A stretch of DNA of 64,000 nucleotides from an uncultured Acidobacteriota bacterium (GCA_963725105.1 CAVRXZ010000009.1:91363-155362), one strand, 5' to 3'. Shown: positions 49,994-59,908, counted from the stretch's first letter. Notes: generated by a model from the sequence alone, not told the origin. Translations and numbers: made by a program.

Positions 49994-51662
49994 ATGGCTG
50001 AAATCCCTGCGCCGCTTCCCTTGCGCATCGACCACGTCTTTCCAAAACTGACGCCGGCGCAGATCGCTCGAGTCTCCACGCACGGGCCCGCGCGTCGGCT
50101 TCGCGCTGGAGACGTGTTGTACGAGCCTGGAGAAAAGGCGGCTCCGTTCGTCGTCGTGACGGCCGGTCAGATTGCCATTGTCCGCCCGTCAGGTGCCGAC
50201 GATGTCCTGATCGCGACGCTCGGCCCCGGCCAATTTACAGGCGAAGCCAACTTGCTGTCGGGACGGCGAACGCTGGTTCGCGTGCGAGCGACGGAGTCGA
50301 GCGAAGTCATCGAGCTGGCCCGCGCAGACATGCTCGTGCTCGTTCAGACCGACGCCGAACTCAGTGAAATACTGATGCGGGCGTTCATCCTCCGCCGCGT
50401 GGAGCTCATCGCGCAGGGTTTCGGCGACGTCGTCCTCGTCGGGTCGTCGCATTCCTCTGGCACTCTTCGAATCAAGGAGTTCCTCACCCGCAACGGTCAC
50501 CCGTACGCCTACCTCGACCTTGATCGCGACGATGACGTTCAGGAACTGTTGGATCGCTTTCACGTGGCCGTCGGCGAGGTGCCTGTGTTGATCTGCCGCG
50601 GCGACGTGGTGCTGCGGAACCCGACGAATCAGCAGATCGCCGACTGCCTCGGCTTCAACGACGCCATCGACCGGACGCACGTGCGCGATGTGGTGGTCGT
50701 CGGCGCCGGACCGGCTGGGCTGGCCGCGGCCGTGTACGGCGCCTCGGAAGGGCTGGATGTGCTCGTGGTGGAGTCGAGCTCGCCGGGTGGGCAGGCCGGG
50801 TCGAGCTCACGGATCGAGAATTATCTCGGCTTTCCGACAGGCATATCCGGACAGGAACTGGCAGGTCGCGCATACAACCAGGCGCAAAAGTTCGGCGCGC
50901 AGATCATCATCGCGAAAGGCGCTACCCAGCTCGCCTGTGACAAAACGCCATACGCTGTCCAGATTGACGACGGCATGCAGGTCCCGGCGCGGACGGTCAT
51001 CATCGCCACAGGCGCCGAGTACCCGGAAACCCTCACTTGAGAGCCTGGCGCAGTTCGAAGGGGCGGGCGTGTATTACGGGGCGACGTTTGTCGAGGCGCA
51101 ATTGTGCGTTGGCGAAGAGGTGATCGTGGTGGGAGGGGGCAACTCCGCTGGTCAGGCCGCCGTATTTCTGGCGCAGACCGCTCGGCGTGTGCTCATGTTC
51201 GTGCGGTCGGACGGTCTGGCCGAGACCATGTCGCGCTACTTGATTCGGCGGATCGAGGACAACCCCTCGATCACGCTGCGTACCCGCACGGAAATCGTCG
51301 CGCTCGAAGGCAACGACCACCTGGAACGCGTGCGCTCGCGGGACAACCGGAGCGGCAGCGTCGAGTCGCACGATATCAAACACGTGTTTCTCATGACCGG
51401 CGCCGTGCCGAACACACGCTGGCTTCGCGAATGCGTGCTGCTCGATGCCAAGGGGTTCATCAAGACCGGTCCCGACCTTTCACAGGACGACCTGACGACC
51501 GCCCATTGGCCGCTGACGCGACGTCCATACCTCTTCGAAACGAGCCTGCCTGGCGTCTTTGCGGTCGGCGACGTTCGATCTGGCAACATCAAGCGTGTGG
51601 CATCGGCGGTCGGCGAGGGATCGGTTGCCATCACACTGGTGCACCAGGTGCTCCAGCACTGA
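49994..51662 (+). CDS. cNMP-binding domain plus thioredoxin-reductase-like FAD oxidoreductase, frameshift near 51023
   Basis: GQFTGE cNMP domain, GAGPAG, IENYLGFP, ATGA, GGGNSAG and FAVGDVR..KRVASAVGEG. Confidence 0.9.
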
Positions 51663-51670
51663 CAGATCAA

Positions 51671-53314
51671 TCAAAGGCGCAATGACTCTGGCAGCGACTG
51701 CATGAATTCGCGAACGGTCGCGATCTGACTGTTCTCCGAAATGAATTCGAACGCAGAGGCACTGACGGTGCGCATCCGGGAATCCCGTGTTGCGCCGATT
51801 GCCGCGTGCATCACTGGGCATTCGTCAATCAGTCCCAACGAGCGCGGCCCACGCGGCGTGTCCAGAATCACGATCACCTCCAGCGAGTCCCGAGCGCGCC
51901 ACGGCTCCCCGGCCCGCCAATACTTCTTCATCTCGACGCGAAGCTTGTTGAGTCCAGCTTGAATCTCGCGGTCGTCACACCGCAACGGGGTAAGGACACC
52001 GATCAGCCGCTCTGCCGCATACATGCACACGTCCGTATAGAGGACCGTCCAACCGACCTGGAACACGCTGACCAGGTCGCGAACGACAAGAAAATCCTCG
52101 TGCAGCGCCGTCAGCGGCCAATTCTCCAGTCCCAGGTTGCAAACCGCCGCGGCCGCATCCGATGCTTCCTGCGGGGTAAACGGCCGACCCTGGATCGAAC
52201 ATCCGGCGATGATCGTGTTCGCAAGATACGCGAGCTCCTGGCTCCTCAACGCGTAGACGGCGGGCTCGCGGTCGCGCACAAACAGCAGCTGCGCCTGGAT
52301 GCGCGCGAAACGAGTTGCCTGACCCTGCGGTCCGTCGAGCAACGCACGCGGCGGCCGTGTGAGGACACCCTCATCCATGAGTACGTCGACGACGGCCGCG
52401 ACCGCCTGGGCGGAGTCTTCCGGATCGGGCGGCGCGCCTGACGCCGCCGGCAAACGACGAGCTCCGAGGTTCGCTTCCGCCGGCGGCGTCTCTTCAATGG
52501 CCCGGAAATACGCGCGGGCGATCGGATTGTCGGGCGGCGTCGGGTCGTGCCCGAGCCGAATCTGTCGCGACATCTGAAGAAACGCGCGAGCCTGCGCGGG
52601 TGTCACATATCCCTGCTCCTCTCGGCGTTGTTCGCGATCGAACGCCAGGTCGAACATGCCCTGCTCCCGGCCGGTGAGCAGATCGTCCAATCCATCGATC
52701 TCGGGCAAGGAGTTCGACAGAGTTCGACACCCACGCATCACACGATGGAAGTAGTCGCGATGCGCCGCGTCGAGGGCGGTCAGCACACCGACGATGGCGT
52801 CCCACGAGTCGGCGCGTCTGGCGCGGACCTGGTAACCGCCGACGTCGCACGCGAGTCCATCGTTCAGAACGGGATCTCCGGGCAATTCTTCTCCGTCCGT
52901 CGAGACGGAAGGTGACGCCGCCGCGGGATCGAACACGGACACGTGCTGTGCCAAGGCCGTGATTACCAGATCGACGTCGATCTCCGCGAGCGTTTGCGCC
53001 GCGACCGTGTCGCCCGATTCCATCAGGACTTCAAGCCACACCCCGAAGCGATCGGCGTCGAACCGCTCGTCCAGACCTGGTTGGGCCGGACGCCACAAGT
53101 CGAGATCGAAGACACGCGCCAGCTGGTCAGGTGTCGCCAGCGTTACGAGCTCGCCGCAATCCTCGAGTCCACAGCGCTGGATGATCCGGTGCAGCACTTC
53201 AGGAGGCAGTCGGGGGACTACGTGCGCGAGGTGGGGCGTGTCGAGAATGCGCTGGAGCAGAGGGCGCGGCGCGGTCCCTCGGCGACGACGAGTACGATGA
53301 CCGGGGCTCGACAT
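51671..53314 (-). CDS. DUF6178-like hypothetical protein
   Basis: GLED..ELV.LATPDQL..VFDLDLW, REQRREEQGY and ELAYLAN; family recalled from memory. Confidence 0.6.
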   Translation of the reverse strand: MSSPGHRTRRRRGTAPRPLLQRILDTPHLAHVVPRLPPEVLHRIIQRCGLEDCGELVTLATPDQLARVFDLDLWRPAQPGLDERFDADRFGVWLEVLMESGDTVAAQTLAEIDVDLVITALAQHVSVFDPAAASPSVSTDGEELPGDPVLNDGLACDVGGYQVRARRADSWDAIVGVLTALDAAHRDYFHRVMRGCRTLSNSLPEIDGLDDLLTGREQGMFDLAFDREQRREEQGYVTPAQARAFLQMSRQIRLGHDPTPPDNPIARAYFRAIEETPPAEANLGARRLPAASGAPPDPEDSAQAVAAVVDVLMDEGVLTRPPRALLDGPQGQATRFARIQAQLLFVRDREPAVYALRSQELAYLANTIIAGCSIQGRPFTPQEASDAAAAVCNLGLENWPLTALHEDFLVVRDLVSVFQVGWTVLYTDVCMYAAERLIGVLTPLRCDDREIQAGLNKLRVEMKKYWRAGEPWRARDSLEVIVILDTPRGPRSLGLIDECPVMHAAIGATRDSRMRTVSASAFEFISENSQIATVREFMQSLPESLRL

Positions 53315-53383
53315 GGGTCGGCGATGATACCCGCTCCGACGCGCAACAAACAGTCTTGAACGGCTGGGAAAGGTGAAGGAGAA

Positions 53384-54166
53384 TTAATGTAGAGAAAGAC
53401 GCGGTCCAAAGCACGTCCCCAGCTCTCGTCGAGTCGGTTCATCCAACGCGTCAAAAGGAAACACCGCTGTTTCGCCGGGAAACAGCTCGGCGATCGTGAG
53501 TGATTTCGTCGGCAGTGGCGCACTCAACGTGGCCGACGCGCGACCTGTTGCGCCGGCGCTGCCGTTTCCCATCTTCTCTTGCCCGACCAAGGTGTGCGCG
53601 ATTTGTGGGCGTTCATCGGAAGACACGAAGAACGTGCGATTCGTTTGCGGCTCGGGAGACCACGTGAGCTGCATTTCGCCTTGATGCCCCGAGACATCGC
53701 ACACGACCGTCAATCGATACAGCGGCGCATCGGTGTTCGGCTTACGCGGCGAGGCCTCACGCACGATGCTCGCCGTCAGCATCGATCGCGTTGTGTCAGA
53801 TGCTGCAGGGCGAAGCACCGTCCAGTTCGTGGCTCCCGCCGCTTGCGTGGTCGTGGCTGCAACCCACGCCTCTCTGGTTGGCTTGTCCGGAATTCCCAGA
53901 CCGGCTGCACTCATGGCGCCGTTTCGCAGTTTGCTGAGGACCATTGCCGCAAGCGCGGGATCCAGACGGGCAGCATCATAGTGTTCGAGGGACAGACCGC
54001 CGTTGTTCGCGGCGTCGGTGTGGCATACCGCACAGTACGTCCGCACTAAGGCGTTTTGCTGCGCCGGCGACAGCTCTTCCCCCGCCGCGACAGTCGCGAG
54101 GAAACCGACAAGCACCATCGCTGCAGCTGCCATCCTGAGAATCCGCGTTCGCAAGCGGAAATACAT
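53384..54166 (-). CDS. Exported mono-haem cytochrome c domain protein
   Basis: Signal peptide, YCAVCH..GGLSLE..KLRNGAM, plus an unknown C-terminal domain. Confidence 0.65.
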   Translation of the reverse strand: MYFRLRTRILRMAAAAMVLVGFLATVAAGEELSPAQQNALVRTYCAVCHTDAANNGGLSLEHYDAARLDPALAAMVLSKLRNGAMSAAGLGIPDKPTREAWVAATTTQAAGATNWTVLRPAASDTTRSMLTASIVREASPRKPNTDAPLYRLTVVCDVSGHQGEMQLTWSPEPQTNRTFFVSSDERPQIAHTLVGQEKMGNGSAGATGRASATLSAPLPTKSLTIAELFPGETAVFPFDALDEPTRRELGTCFGPRLSLH

Positions 54167-54290
54167 TCACACCTCAGCGTCCCGTCACATTCTAGTCGGT
54201 TTCGTCTGAGCCACGTTGACGAACAAGCCATAGGGATCAGTCATCTCGAATCGTTTGCGCTGCCACTCGATTTGGCATAACGATCCACTC

Positions 54291-55094
54291 ATGGTCGAAG
54301 CCGCGACCGGGGACGAGCGTCCACCCACAATTATCGAGTCCGCACTGCGATACGACCGAGTGCCTGCGGTGGTGCTGCTGATCGTGCTGCCGCTGGTTTC
54401 GTGGCTGTGGATCGTGGTCATGGCGCGCGACATGTACGGATCGATGACCGGCGCGAGCGTCTGGATGATGACCGGTATCTGGGACCTCCGGCATCTGGCC
54501 CTCCTCTGGGCCATGTGGGCAGTCATGATGGTAGGGATGATGCTGCCCTCTGCATCACCGATGCTGTTGTTGTACGGCGCTGTCGCACGGCGCTCCGCAA
54601 CGGGAGCCTTCGCCGCGTCGCGTCAGATCTACGCGCTCGCGGCCGGCTACCTGGCGGTGTGGACCTTGTTCAGCCTCGGGGCGACCGTGCTCCAACGTCT
54701 CCTGGCGAAGCTCCTGCTCGTCTCGTCGATGATGGAGGTCACCAGCCCTGTCGTCGGCGCGACGCTGCTCGTCGTCGCGGGGGTGTATCAATTGACACCG
54801 CTCAAGCTGGCATGTCTACGGTCGTGCCAGTCACCGCTTGGCTTTCTGATGAGCCACTGGCGCACAGGATGGGCTGGCGCGTTTCGCATGGGCCTCGAGC
54901 ACGGCGCCCTCTGTGTGGGTTGCTGCTGGGCGCTGATGCTGCTGCTGTTTACCGGCGGGGTGATGAACCTCGCCGTCATCGCGGCACTCACGGTGTTCGT
55001 GGCCTTCGAAAAGCTGACACCGTTCGGCGCCCAGGGCGCCCGAATCAGTGGTGTCCTGCTGATTGCCACGGGACTCTGGATATTCGTGCGCTGA
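54291..55094 (+). CDS. DUF2182 predicted metal-binding integral membrane protein
   Basis: MWAVMMVGMMLPS, YQLTPLK.ACL..C, CVGCCWALM..GGVMN and EK. Confidence 0.88.
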   Translation: MVEAATGDERPPTIIESALRYDRVPAVVLLIVLPLVSWLWIVVMARDMYGSMTGASVWMMTGIWDLRHLALLWAMWAVMMVGMMLPSASPMLLLYGAVARRSATGAFAASRQIYALAAGYLAVWTLFSLGATVLQRLLAKLLLVSSMMEVTSPVVGATLLVVAGVYQLTPLKLACLRSCQSPLGFLMSHWRTGWAGAFRMGLEHGALCVGCCWALMLLLFTGGVMNLAVIAALTVFVAFEKLTPFGAQGARISGVLLIATGLWIFVR

Positions 55095-55125
55095 ACGATT
55101 GATCATCACGGGGACGTCCGCGTCC

Positions 55126-55743
55126 TCAGGGCAACCGCCATTCGCCCGGGCCAGAAATCGTTCGCGTGTGATGGAATGCGTACTCGCCCAGCAGTCGCTC
55201 GGCTCCTTCCCTTTCGACAGCCACGAGACGCGCAATCAATGTGTTGGACGGTGACGCCTTTGCAAAGGTGATGGACTGCTGGCAGATGACCGCGCCGGCG
55301 TCACCCCGAACTGGGATGTCGGCCATTCGCAGGAACTCAACACCCCGGTCATCGCACCAGCTGAGATCGACGCGCGGTGCGCTGCTCAAGTCCGCGGCAA
55401 GACGAGCGACGAGCAGGTCATCGTCGGCCGCCACGGTGCACTGCACGCTGCCTCCTTGCGGAGGCGCGTACTCGCGGACGCGCTGGCCCATCTCCCCGGC
55501 ATGCTTCACGAACTGATCGCTGAGTACCACCACCAACGATCCCGACCGCGCCAGTGTCCGGAGACCTTCGGCCAGCGCCATCACCTCGCGAAGCCGGTCC
55601 CCACATCGGTCACAGCTCATCAGGTGCTCTTCGACCGCCTCTTCAGTCTTTGATGGCAACCCACCGAGCCAGTAGTCCATGAGGACGGCAGCCTCGATTG
55701 GCTGCGCACAGTCGACGGGCACGCGTCCTTCCCAGGTCGTCAT
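55126..55743 (-). CDS. Zinc-finger (ZAS/zf-HC2) anti-sigma factor, soluble
   Basis: EEHLMSCDRC (HxxxCxxC); ATGA overlap with the ECF gene; no TM segment. Confidence 0.8.
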   Translation of the reverse strand: MTTWEGRVPVDCAQPIEAAVLMDYWLGGLPSKTEEAVEEHLMSCDRCGDRLREVMALAEGLRTLARSGSLVVVLSDQFVKHAGEMGQRVREYAPPQGGSVQCTVAADDDLLVARLAADLSSAPRVDLSWCDDRGVEFLRMADIPVRGDAGAVICQQSITFAKASPSNTLIARLVAVEREGAERLLGEYAFHHTRTISGPGEWRLP

Positions 55744-56279
55744 GCGCTGGCTCCCATGCAGGCGCGCAGCTGCTGGATGGCGCGATGGCGGATCACCCGA
55801 ACGTTGCTTTCCGAGATCCCTAGAAAGCCTGCGGCCTCCGCGGCAGTCTGCTCATCGTAGAACGTGAGTACCACAACGGAGCGCTCGCGCTCCTTGAGCA
55901 TCTGGACACAGCGGGCCAGTTGCGCATCGTCGAGACGCGGCAAAGGCGGCTGGTCCGGAATCAGATCCGCTCCGAACTCCGCCAGCAGCCGTTCCTGGCG
56001 GCGCGCGGTGCGGCGCAGGTCGACCACCGTCATCCGGCACGTGCCGAGGGCGAACTGCGCCAGCTTTTCCGGCTCGCGCAAACGACCTGCGCGCAGGGCT
56101 TGGAGCATCTTCAGCAACACCTGCTGCACGAAGTCGTCTGCCGCCGACGCCGACCGCAGGTGACGGAGCCCATACAGGCGGATGCGCGGTCCCATCCGGC
56201 GGCACACCTCGGCTTCAGCGTCGGGGTCGCCGTCTGCAATACGAACGGCGAGATGCGCGTCGCTTACCTCGAGGCTCAA
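55740..56279 (-). CDS. ECF RNA polymerase sigma-70 factor
   Basis: AADDFVQQV..VDLRR sigma2 region; L.ERERSVV..LGISESNVRVIRHRA sigma4 region. Confidence 0.88.
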   Translation of the reverse strand: MSLEVSDAHLAVRIADGDPDAEAEVCRRMGPRIRLYGLRHLRSASAADDFVQQVLLKMLQALRAGRLREPEKLAQFALGTCRMTVVDLRRTARRQERLLAEFGADLIPDQPPLPRLDDAQLARCVQMLKERERSVVVLTFYDEQTAAEAAGFLGISESNVRVIRHRAIQQLRACMGASA

Positions 56280-56325
56280 CGATCATCATTCTACGCAACC
56301 GACCCGCAGGCCCGGAGACTCAAGG

Positions 56326-56814
56326 TCAAGCGACGCGCGGCTCTTCCGGGAGCGGGCCCAGAATGTCGACGCCAAATCTCGAGGCCGCCTCCACGAGCCT
56401 CGCCATGTCCGGAGGGCCCGGCGCCGCGTCAAGCGGTGTGCACAGTTCCAGCACGAACTTTTCGAATCCGGCCGGCATACACATCAGCAGCATCCGCGCG
56501 GGCTCCGGGCCGACCACTTTGAAGCCGTGCGGGATCTCGCGCGGGCCGTACACCCATGTCCCTGGACCCGCGCTCAGCCACTTGTCGCCGCAGATAAACC
56601 GGACGTTTCCGTCGAGCACGTAAAAGGCTTCGTCCTCGTTAAGATGCGTGTGGTACGGCGACGCCAGGCCGGGAGGCAGGGTCACCTGCTCCATCAGGCA
56701 GAGGCGGCCGTCGGTCGTCGCGCCGGTGGCATGTAACACCGTGGGCGAGCCGAAGAACTGGAAGTCGATGTCCTGTCGGGTCTTGAGGTAGGGCTGGCGG
56801 TCCTGTGCGATCAC
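56326..56814 (-). CDS. Cupin (quercetin 2,3-dioxygenase-like)
   Basis: PYHTHLNEDEAFYVLDG, PREIPHGF and PAGFE; AAGGAG before GTG 56814. Confidence 0.85.
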   Translation of the reverse strand: MIAQDRQPYLKTRQDIDFQFFGSPTVLHATGATTDGRLCLMEQVTLPPGLASPYHTHLNEDEAFYVLDGNVRFICGDKWLSAGPGTWVYGPREIPHGFKVVGPEPARMLLMCMPAGFEKFVLELCTPLDAAPGPPDMARLVEAASRFGVDILGPLPEEPRVA

Positions 56815-56940
56815 GGGGGTTCTCCTTTGGGCGGATGGCTTCATCTCGATATCCGCGCTATACCCCCTATGTGTCACCAGGAGCCGTTCCCGTTACACGC
56901 GAGGTTGCAGGTCAGACAAACACTTCGAAGGAGGACGCTC

Positions 56941-57966
56941 GTGAGGACACTGGTGATGATCAGGGTGGCTGCCGCCTGGCTTGTCGTCTTGATGGGTAGC
57001 GCTGGTGTGGCGTACGCGGCCCATGACGTGGTGATTACGACCACCGGCGACAGGCTGGTCGGCGAAATCAAGAGTGTCGGGAAGGACGTGCTGACACTCT
57101 CCACGGACTACTCAGATTCCGATTTCAAGATCAAGTGGGACAAGATCGCCTCGATTGAAAGCGATCGGCAGTTCGTGGTGGAGACCTTCGACGGACAGCG
57201 TGTGTCGGGATCGTTGAAGCCGGACCCGGAGAAGAAGCCCGTCGTGCGAGTCGCCGAGACGAGCGTGCAGTTGCCGGAGGTATCGACGGTGCAGCCGTTC
57301 GAGCGGGCGTTCTGGTCGCGGTTCGACGCGGCCCTGGACTTCGGCTACAGCATGACGCGCACCAACACGGCGAAACAGCTCTCACTCGCGACGAACATCT
57401 CGTACCGGGATGACCGCTATGTCGATGTCGTCTTCGCCAACATCTTCAGAAGCTCCCAGGAAAACGCTCCCGAGACCCAGCGATGGGACCTTGGGAATGA
57501 TTTTCGCCGCTTCCTGGGCAGCCACTGGTACGCCAACACCACCCAGGATTTCCTGAACTCCGAAGAGCAGGGCCTGGATCTGCGGACGACCATTGGGGGC
57601 GGAGGAGGACGATACCTGCTGCGCTCGTCGTCGCAGTATCTGGCGCTCGGTGGCGGGCTGGCGTGGACCAATGAGAATTACCTCGACCCGACGTTATCCA
57701 CGAAGGACTCGGCAGAGGCCTATCTCGGCACCGAGTTCATGACCGAGAAGCTGAAGATCACTGACCTCATCACCCGGTTCAGCTACTACCCCAGCCTGAC
57801 AATTTCCGGTCGGCACCGGTTGATGTATCGGTTCGACCTGGACTTCAACCTGCCTGGCGACTGGTATTTCCGGGTCGGGCTGTTCGACAACTACGACAAT
57901 AAGCCGCCGGAGGGATTTTCCAAGAACGACTACGGCTGGTCGAACGGTTTCGGCTTCAAGTTCTGA
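56941..57966 (+). CDS. DUF481 outer-membrane beta-barrel protein
   Basis: Signal peptide, GDRLVGEIK N-domain, alternating beta strands, C-terminal FGFKF. Confidence 0.8.
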   Translation: MRTLVMIRVAAAWLVVLMGSAGVAYAAHDVVITTTGDRLVGEIKSVGKDVLTLSTDYSDSDFKIKWDKIASIESDRQFVVETFDGQRVSGSLKPDPEKKPVVRVAETSVQLPEVSTVQPFERAFWSRFDAALDFGYSMTRTNTAKQLSLATNISYRDDRYVDVVFANIFRSSQENAPETQRWDLGNDFRRFLGSHWYANTTQDFLNSEEQGLDLRTTIGGGGGRYLLRSSSQYLALGGGLAWTNENYLDPTLSTKDSAEAYLGTEFMTEKLKITDLITRFSYYPSLTISGRHRLMYRFDLDFNLPGDWYFRVGLFDNYDNKPPEGFSKNDYGWSNGFGFKF

Positions 57967-58023
57967 GGCAGGCGCATCTCACTTCACGCGGGTTGTCTGC
58001 ATCCGGAGTAATCTTATGGGTAT

Positions 58024-58179
58024 ATGGCATCCACCACCGCACCGCAGGCTCGTCAGTCGCACAAGAAGCTGAAGCCGAAGCCCAAGACCGAGTCGAAGTC
58101 GTGGCAGGCGCGGAACGCCGCGCGCAAGGAGAAGCAGACGGCGCACGCTGCAAAGTTGGCGGCAGCAAGCGGGCAGTAA
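58024..58179 (+). CDS. Small basic protein (51 aa, not in ORF track)
   Basis: MASTTAPQARQSHKKLKPKPKTESKSWQARNAARKEKQTAHAAKLAAASGQ; mostly G/C third positions; no clear RBS. Confidence 0.55.
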   Translation: MASTTAPQARQSHKKLKPKPKTESKSWQARNAARKEKQTAHAAKLAAASGQ

Positions 58180-58190
58180 ACACCAACCTT

Positions 58191-58508
58191 CTACGCTTTC
58201 GTCCGCTTCACGAGCCGCGGCTGCCGACCGACATTGCCTGACGCCGTCGTGGGCCTGGGCGACAGCTCTTGCAGCTCGCGCGCAAAGCCTGCGGCCGCAT
58301 CCTTCGCGTGGCGCGCTTTCCGCCTGCCTTCATTCAACGCGTGCTTGTGCCCATCGCTCAGAGTCTTCGCCGCCTTGAGTCTTGTCGGCAGGACGGCGCC
58401 ACTCGAACCCGCCAGCGCCGCGAGCGCCGCGTCAACGGCCTTCAGCTGATCCAACAGCTCCTCCCGTCTGGCTCGCAGCAGATTCACCGCATGATTTGAA
58501 TGGGTCAT
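58191..58508 (-). CDS. Small coiled-coil/basic protein
   Basis: GAGGG RBS, N-terminal heptads LLRARREELLDQLKAVDAALAAL and basic helix LSDGHKHALNEGRRKARHAK. Confidence 0.6.
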   Translation of the reverse strand: MTHSNHAVNLLRARREELLDQLKAVDAALAALAGSSGAVLPTRLKAAKTLSDGHKHALNEGRRKARHAKDAAAGFARELQELSPRPTTASGNVGRQPRLVKRTKA

Positions 58509-58530
58509 CGCACCCTCAATGCCACGCAGA

Positions 58531-58968
58531 TTACTGCTTCACCGCCGGGGCCGCCTCACCGAGCCCGGCAGGCGCCGAACCGCCGGAGAACAGCTCGCGG
58601 CCATCGGGAAGCGTGACTGTCTTGGCGTTTGCCACGGGCTCTCCGGACTTGGCGCGATAGCCTTCGATTTTGACCGGCGTGCCCGGCGGGATGGAATCCT
58701 TCCTCCAGCCCATGCGCAGCAGGGCATTCGGTGGACCCATTTCGAACCGCCAGGTGACCACCTTGCCGTCCGCCTCTTTCACGTCAACGTAGATCCAGGA
58801 GTGGGGATTCACCCAGGTCATCTTGTTGACGGCTCCATTCACGGTCACCGGACTATTTGCGTCGAATTCGGCGGCAAAGGAATGATGAGCGACGGCGGGA
58901 CTGGTGATCGCCAACACCGCGGCGAAGACTGCGAGGATGTGAAGGAGGATGCGAAGAGTGATCTTCAT
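58531..58968 (-). CDS. DUF6152 family secreted protein
   Basis: Signal AVA|HHSFAAEFD, WVNPHSWI, W.FEMG.PN.L.R.GW and LPDG. Confidence 0.85.
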   Translation of the reverse strand: MKITLRILLHILAVFAAVLAITSPAVAHHSFAAEFDANSPVTVNGAVNKMTWVNPHSWIYVDVKEADGKVVTWRFEMGPPNALLRMGWRKDSIPPGTPVKIEGYRAKSGEPVANAKTVTLPDGRELFSGGSAPAGLGEAAPAVKQ

Positions 58969-58999
58969 GGATAGATCTCCCGCTTCTCTAAGAGAGCAG

Positions 59000-59908
59000 T
59001 CACCGGTTGCCCGGCACGCGGTCGGGCGCGAACTCGAACCCGAAGACATTCGGGAGCGTCTGGCTGCCTTCGGCACAGGCAAACTCCATCAGCTCCGTTT
59101 CCTTGGCTGCAGCCTGAAACGTGCCGGCGATCTTGATGGGCCGCGTGAACATCTTCGGATCGTCGAGCGTGATCTGGTAGTCAAGAATATTGGGATCGAT
59201 CCTCGTGTAGCGCTCGATGGTATGTAGCGCGTCACTGTGGTACGGAACGGTACGCCCCAAGGATGTCTTGTCGTTGAAGTTGGTGGTGTCCACCACCAGA
59301 GTTTCACCCTCCCAGTGGCCGACGGAATCCCCCATGAACAAGCTGATCTGCGGACCAAGGTGCGGGCGGCCGTCGGTTGGGATCACGCGCGTTACATGGT
59401 TGTACTCGTACATGATCACGAAATAGCCCGGCCGTTGGATGATCTGGTAGGGGTGCCTGTCGTCGGCTTCGATGGGGCCAGGCAGCACGCACCGGGCGGA
59501 CTTTTCAATGTAGGCCAGGGACGCGGGCGGAATCATCTTGGGGATGAATTCACGCCGAGCTGCATCTGCTTCAGGCCGCCACGGCAGCACTCGATCGGCC
59601 GGATCGACCAGGCCCGCCGGGCGCCCTTGAAGGACGGAAGCCGCCTGCGTGGTGAACACGCCGGTGTTGAAGACAGTCGGATAGGGTTGGCCGGTGCTTT
59701 CGAAGTCGCTCAACGGTGTGCTGGGAGCGTTGGCTTCCTGAAGGCGGACACCGCGTCGCGCCCAGGCGCCCTGCATGTCAGGGTGATCGTCGGCTGTGCG
59801 CGGGGCGACGTACTTCGCAGCGCCCTTTTCCTGGGCATTTGCCGGAAGGGCCGTCATGGCCAGAGCCAAGACGACCGCGGCGGTTGTTCTGGACAGTGCG
59901 GTTTTCAT
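59000..59908 (-). CDS. Uncharacterised secreted protein (DUF6152 partner family)
   Basis: HPDMQGAW, ARCVLPG, GDSVGHWEGETLVVDTTNF, HSDALH..ERY and MEFACAEG. Confidence 0.75.
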   Translation of the reverse strand: MKTALSRTTAAVVLALAMTALPANAQEKGAAKYVAPRTADDHPDMQGAWARRGVRLQEANAPSTPLSDFESTGQPYPTVFNTGVFTTQAASVLQGRPAGLVDPADRVLPWRPEADAARREFIPKMIPPASLAYIEKSARCVLPGPIEADDRHPYQIIQRPGYFVIMYEYNHVTRVIPTDGRPHLGPQISLFMGDSVGHWEGETLVVDTTNFNDKTSLGRTVPYHSDALHTIERYTRIDPNILDYQITLDDPKMFTRPIKIAGTFQAAAKETELMEFACAEGSQTLPNVFGFEFAPDRVPGNR

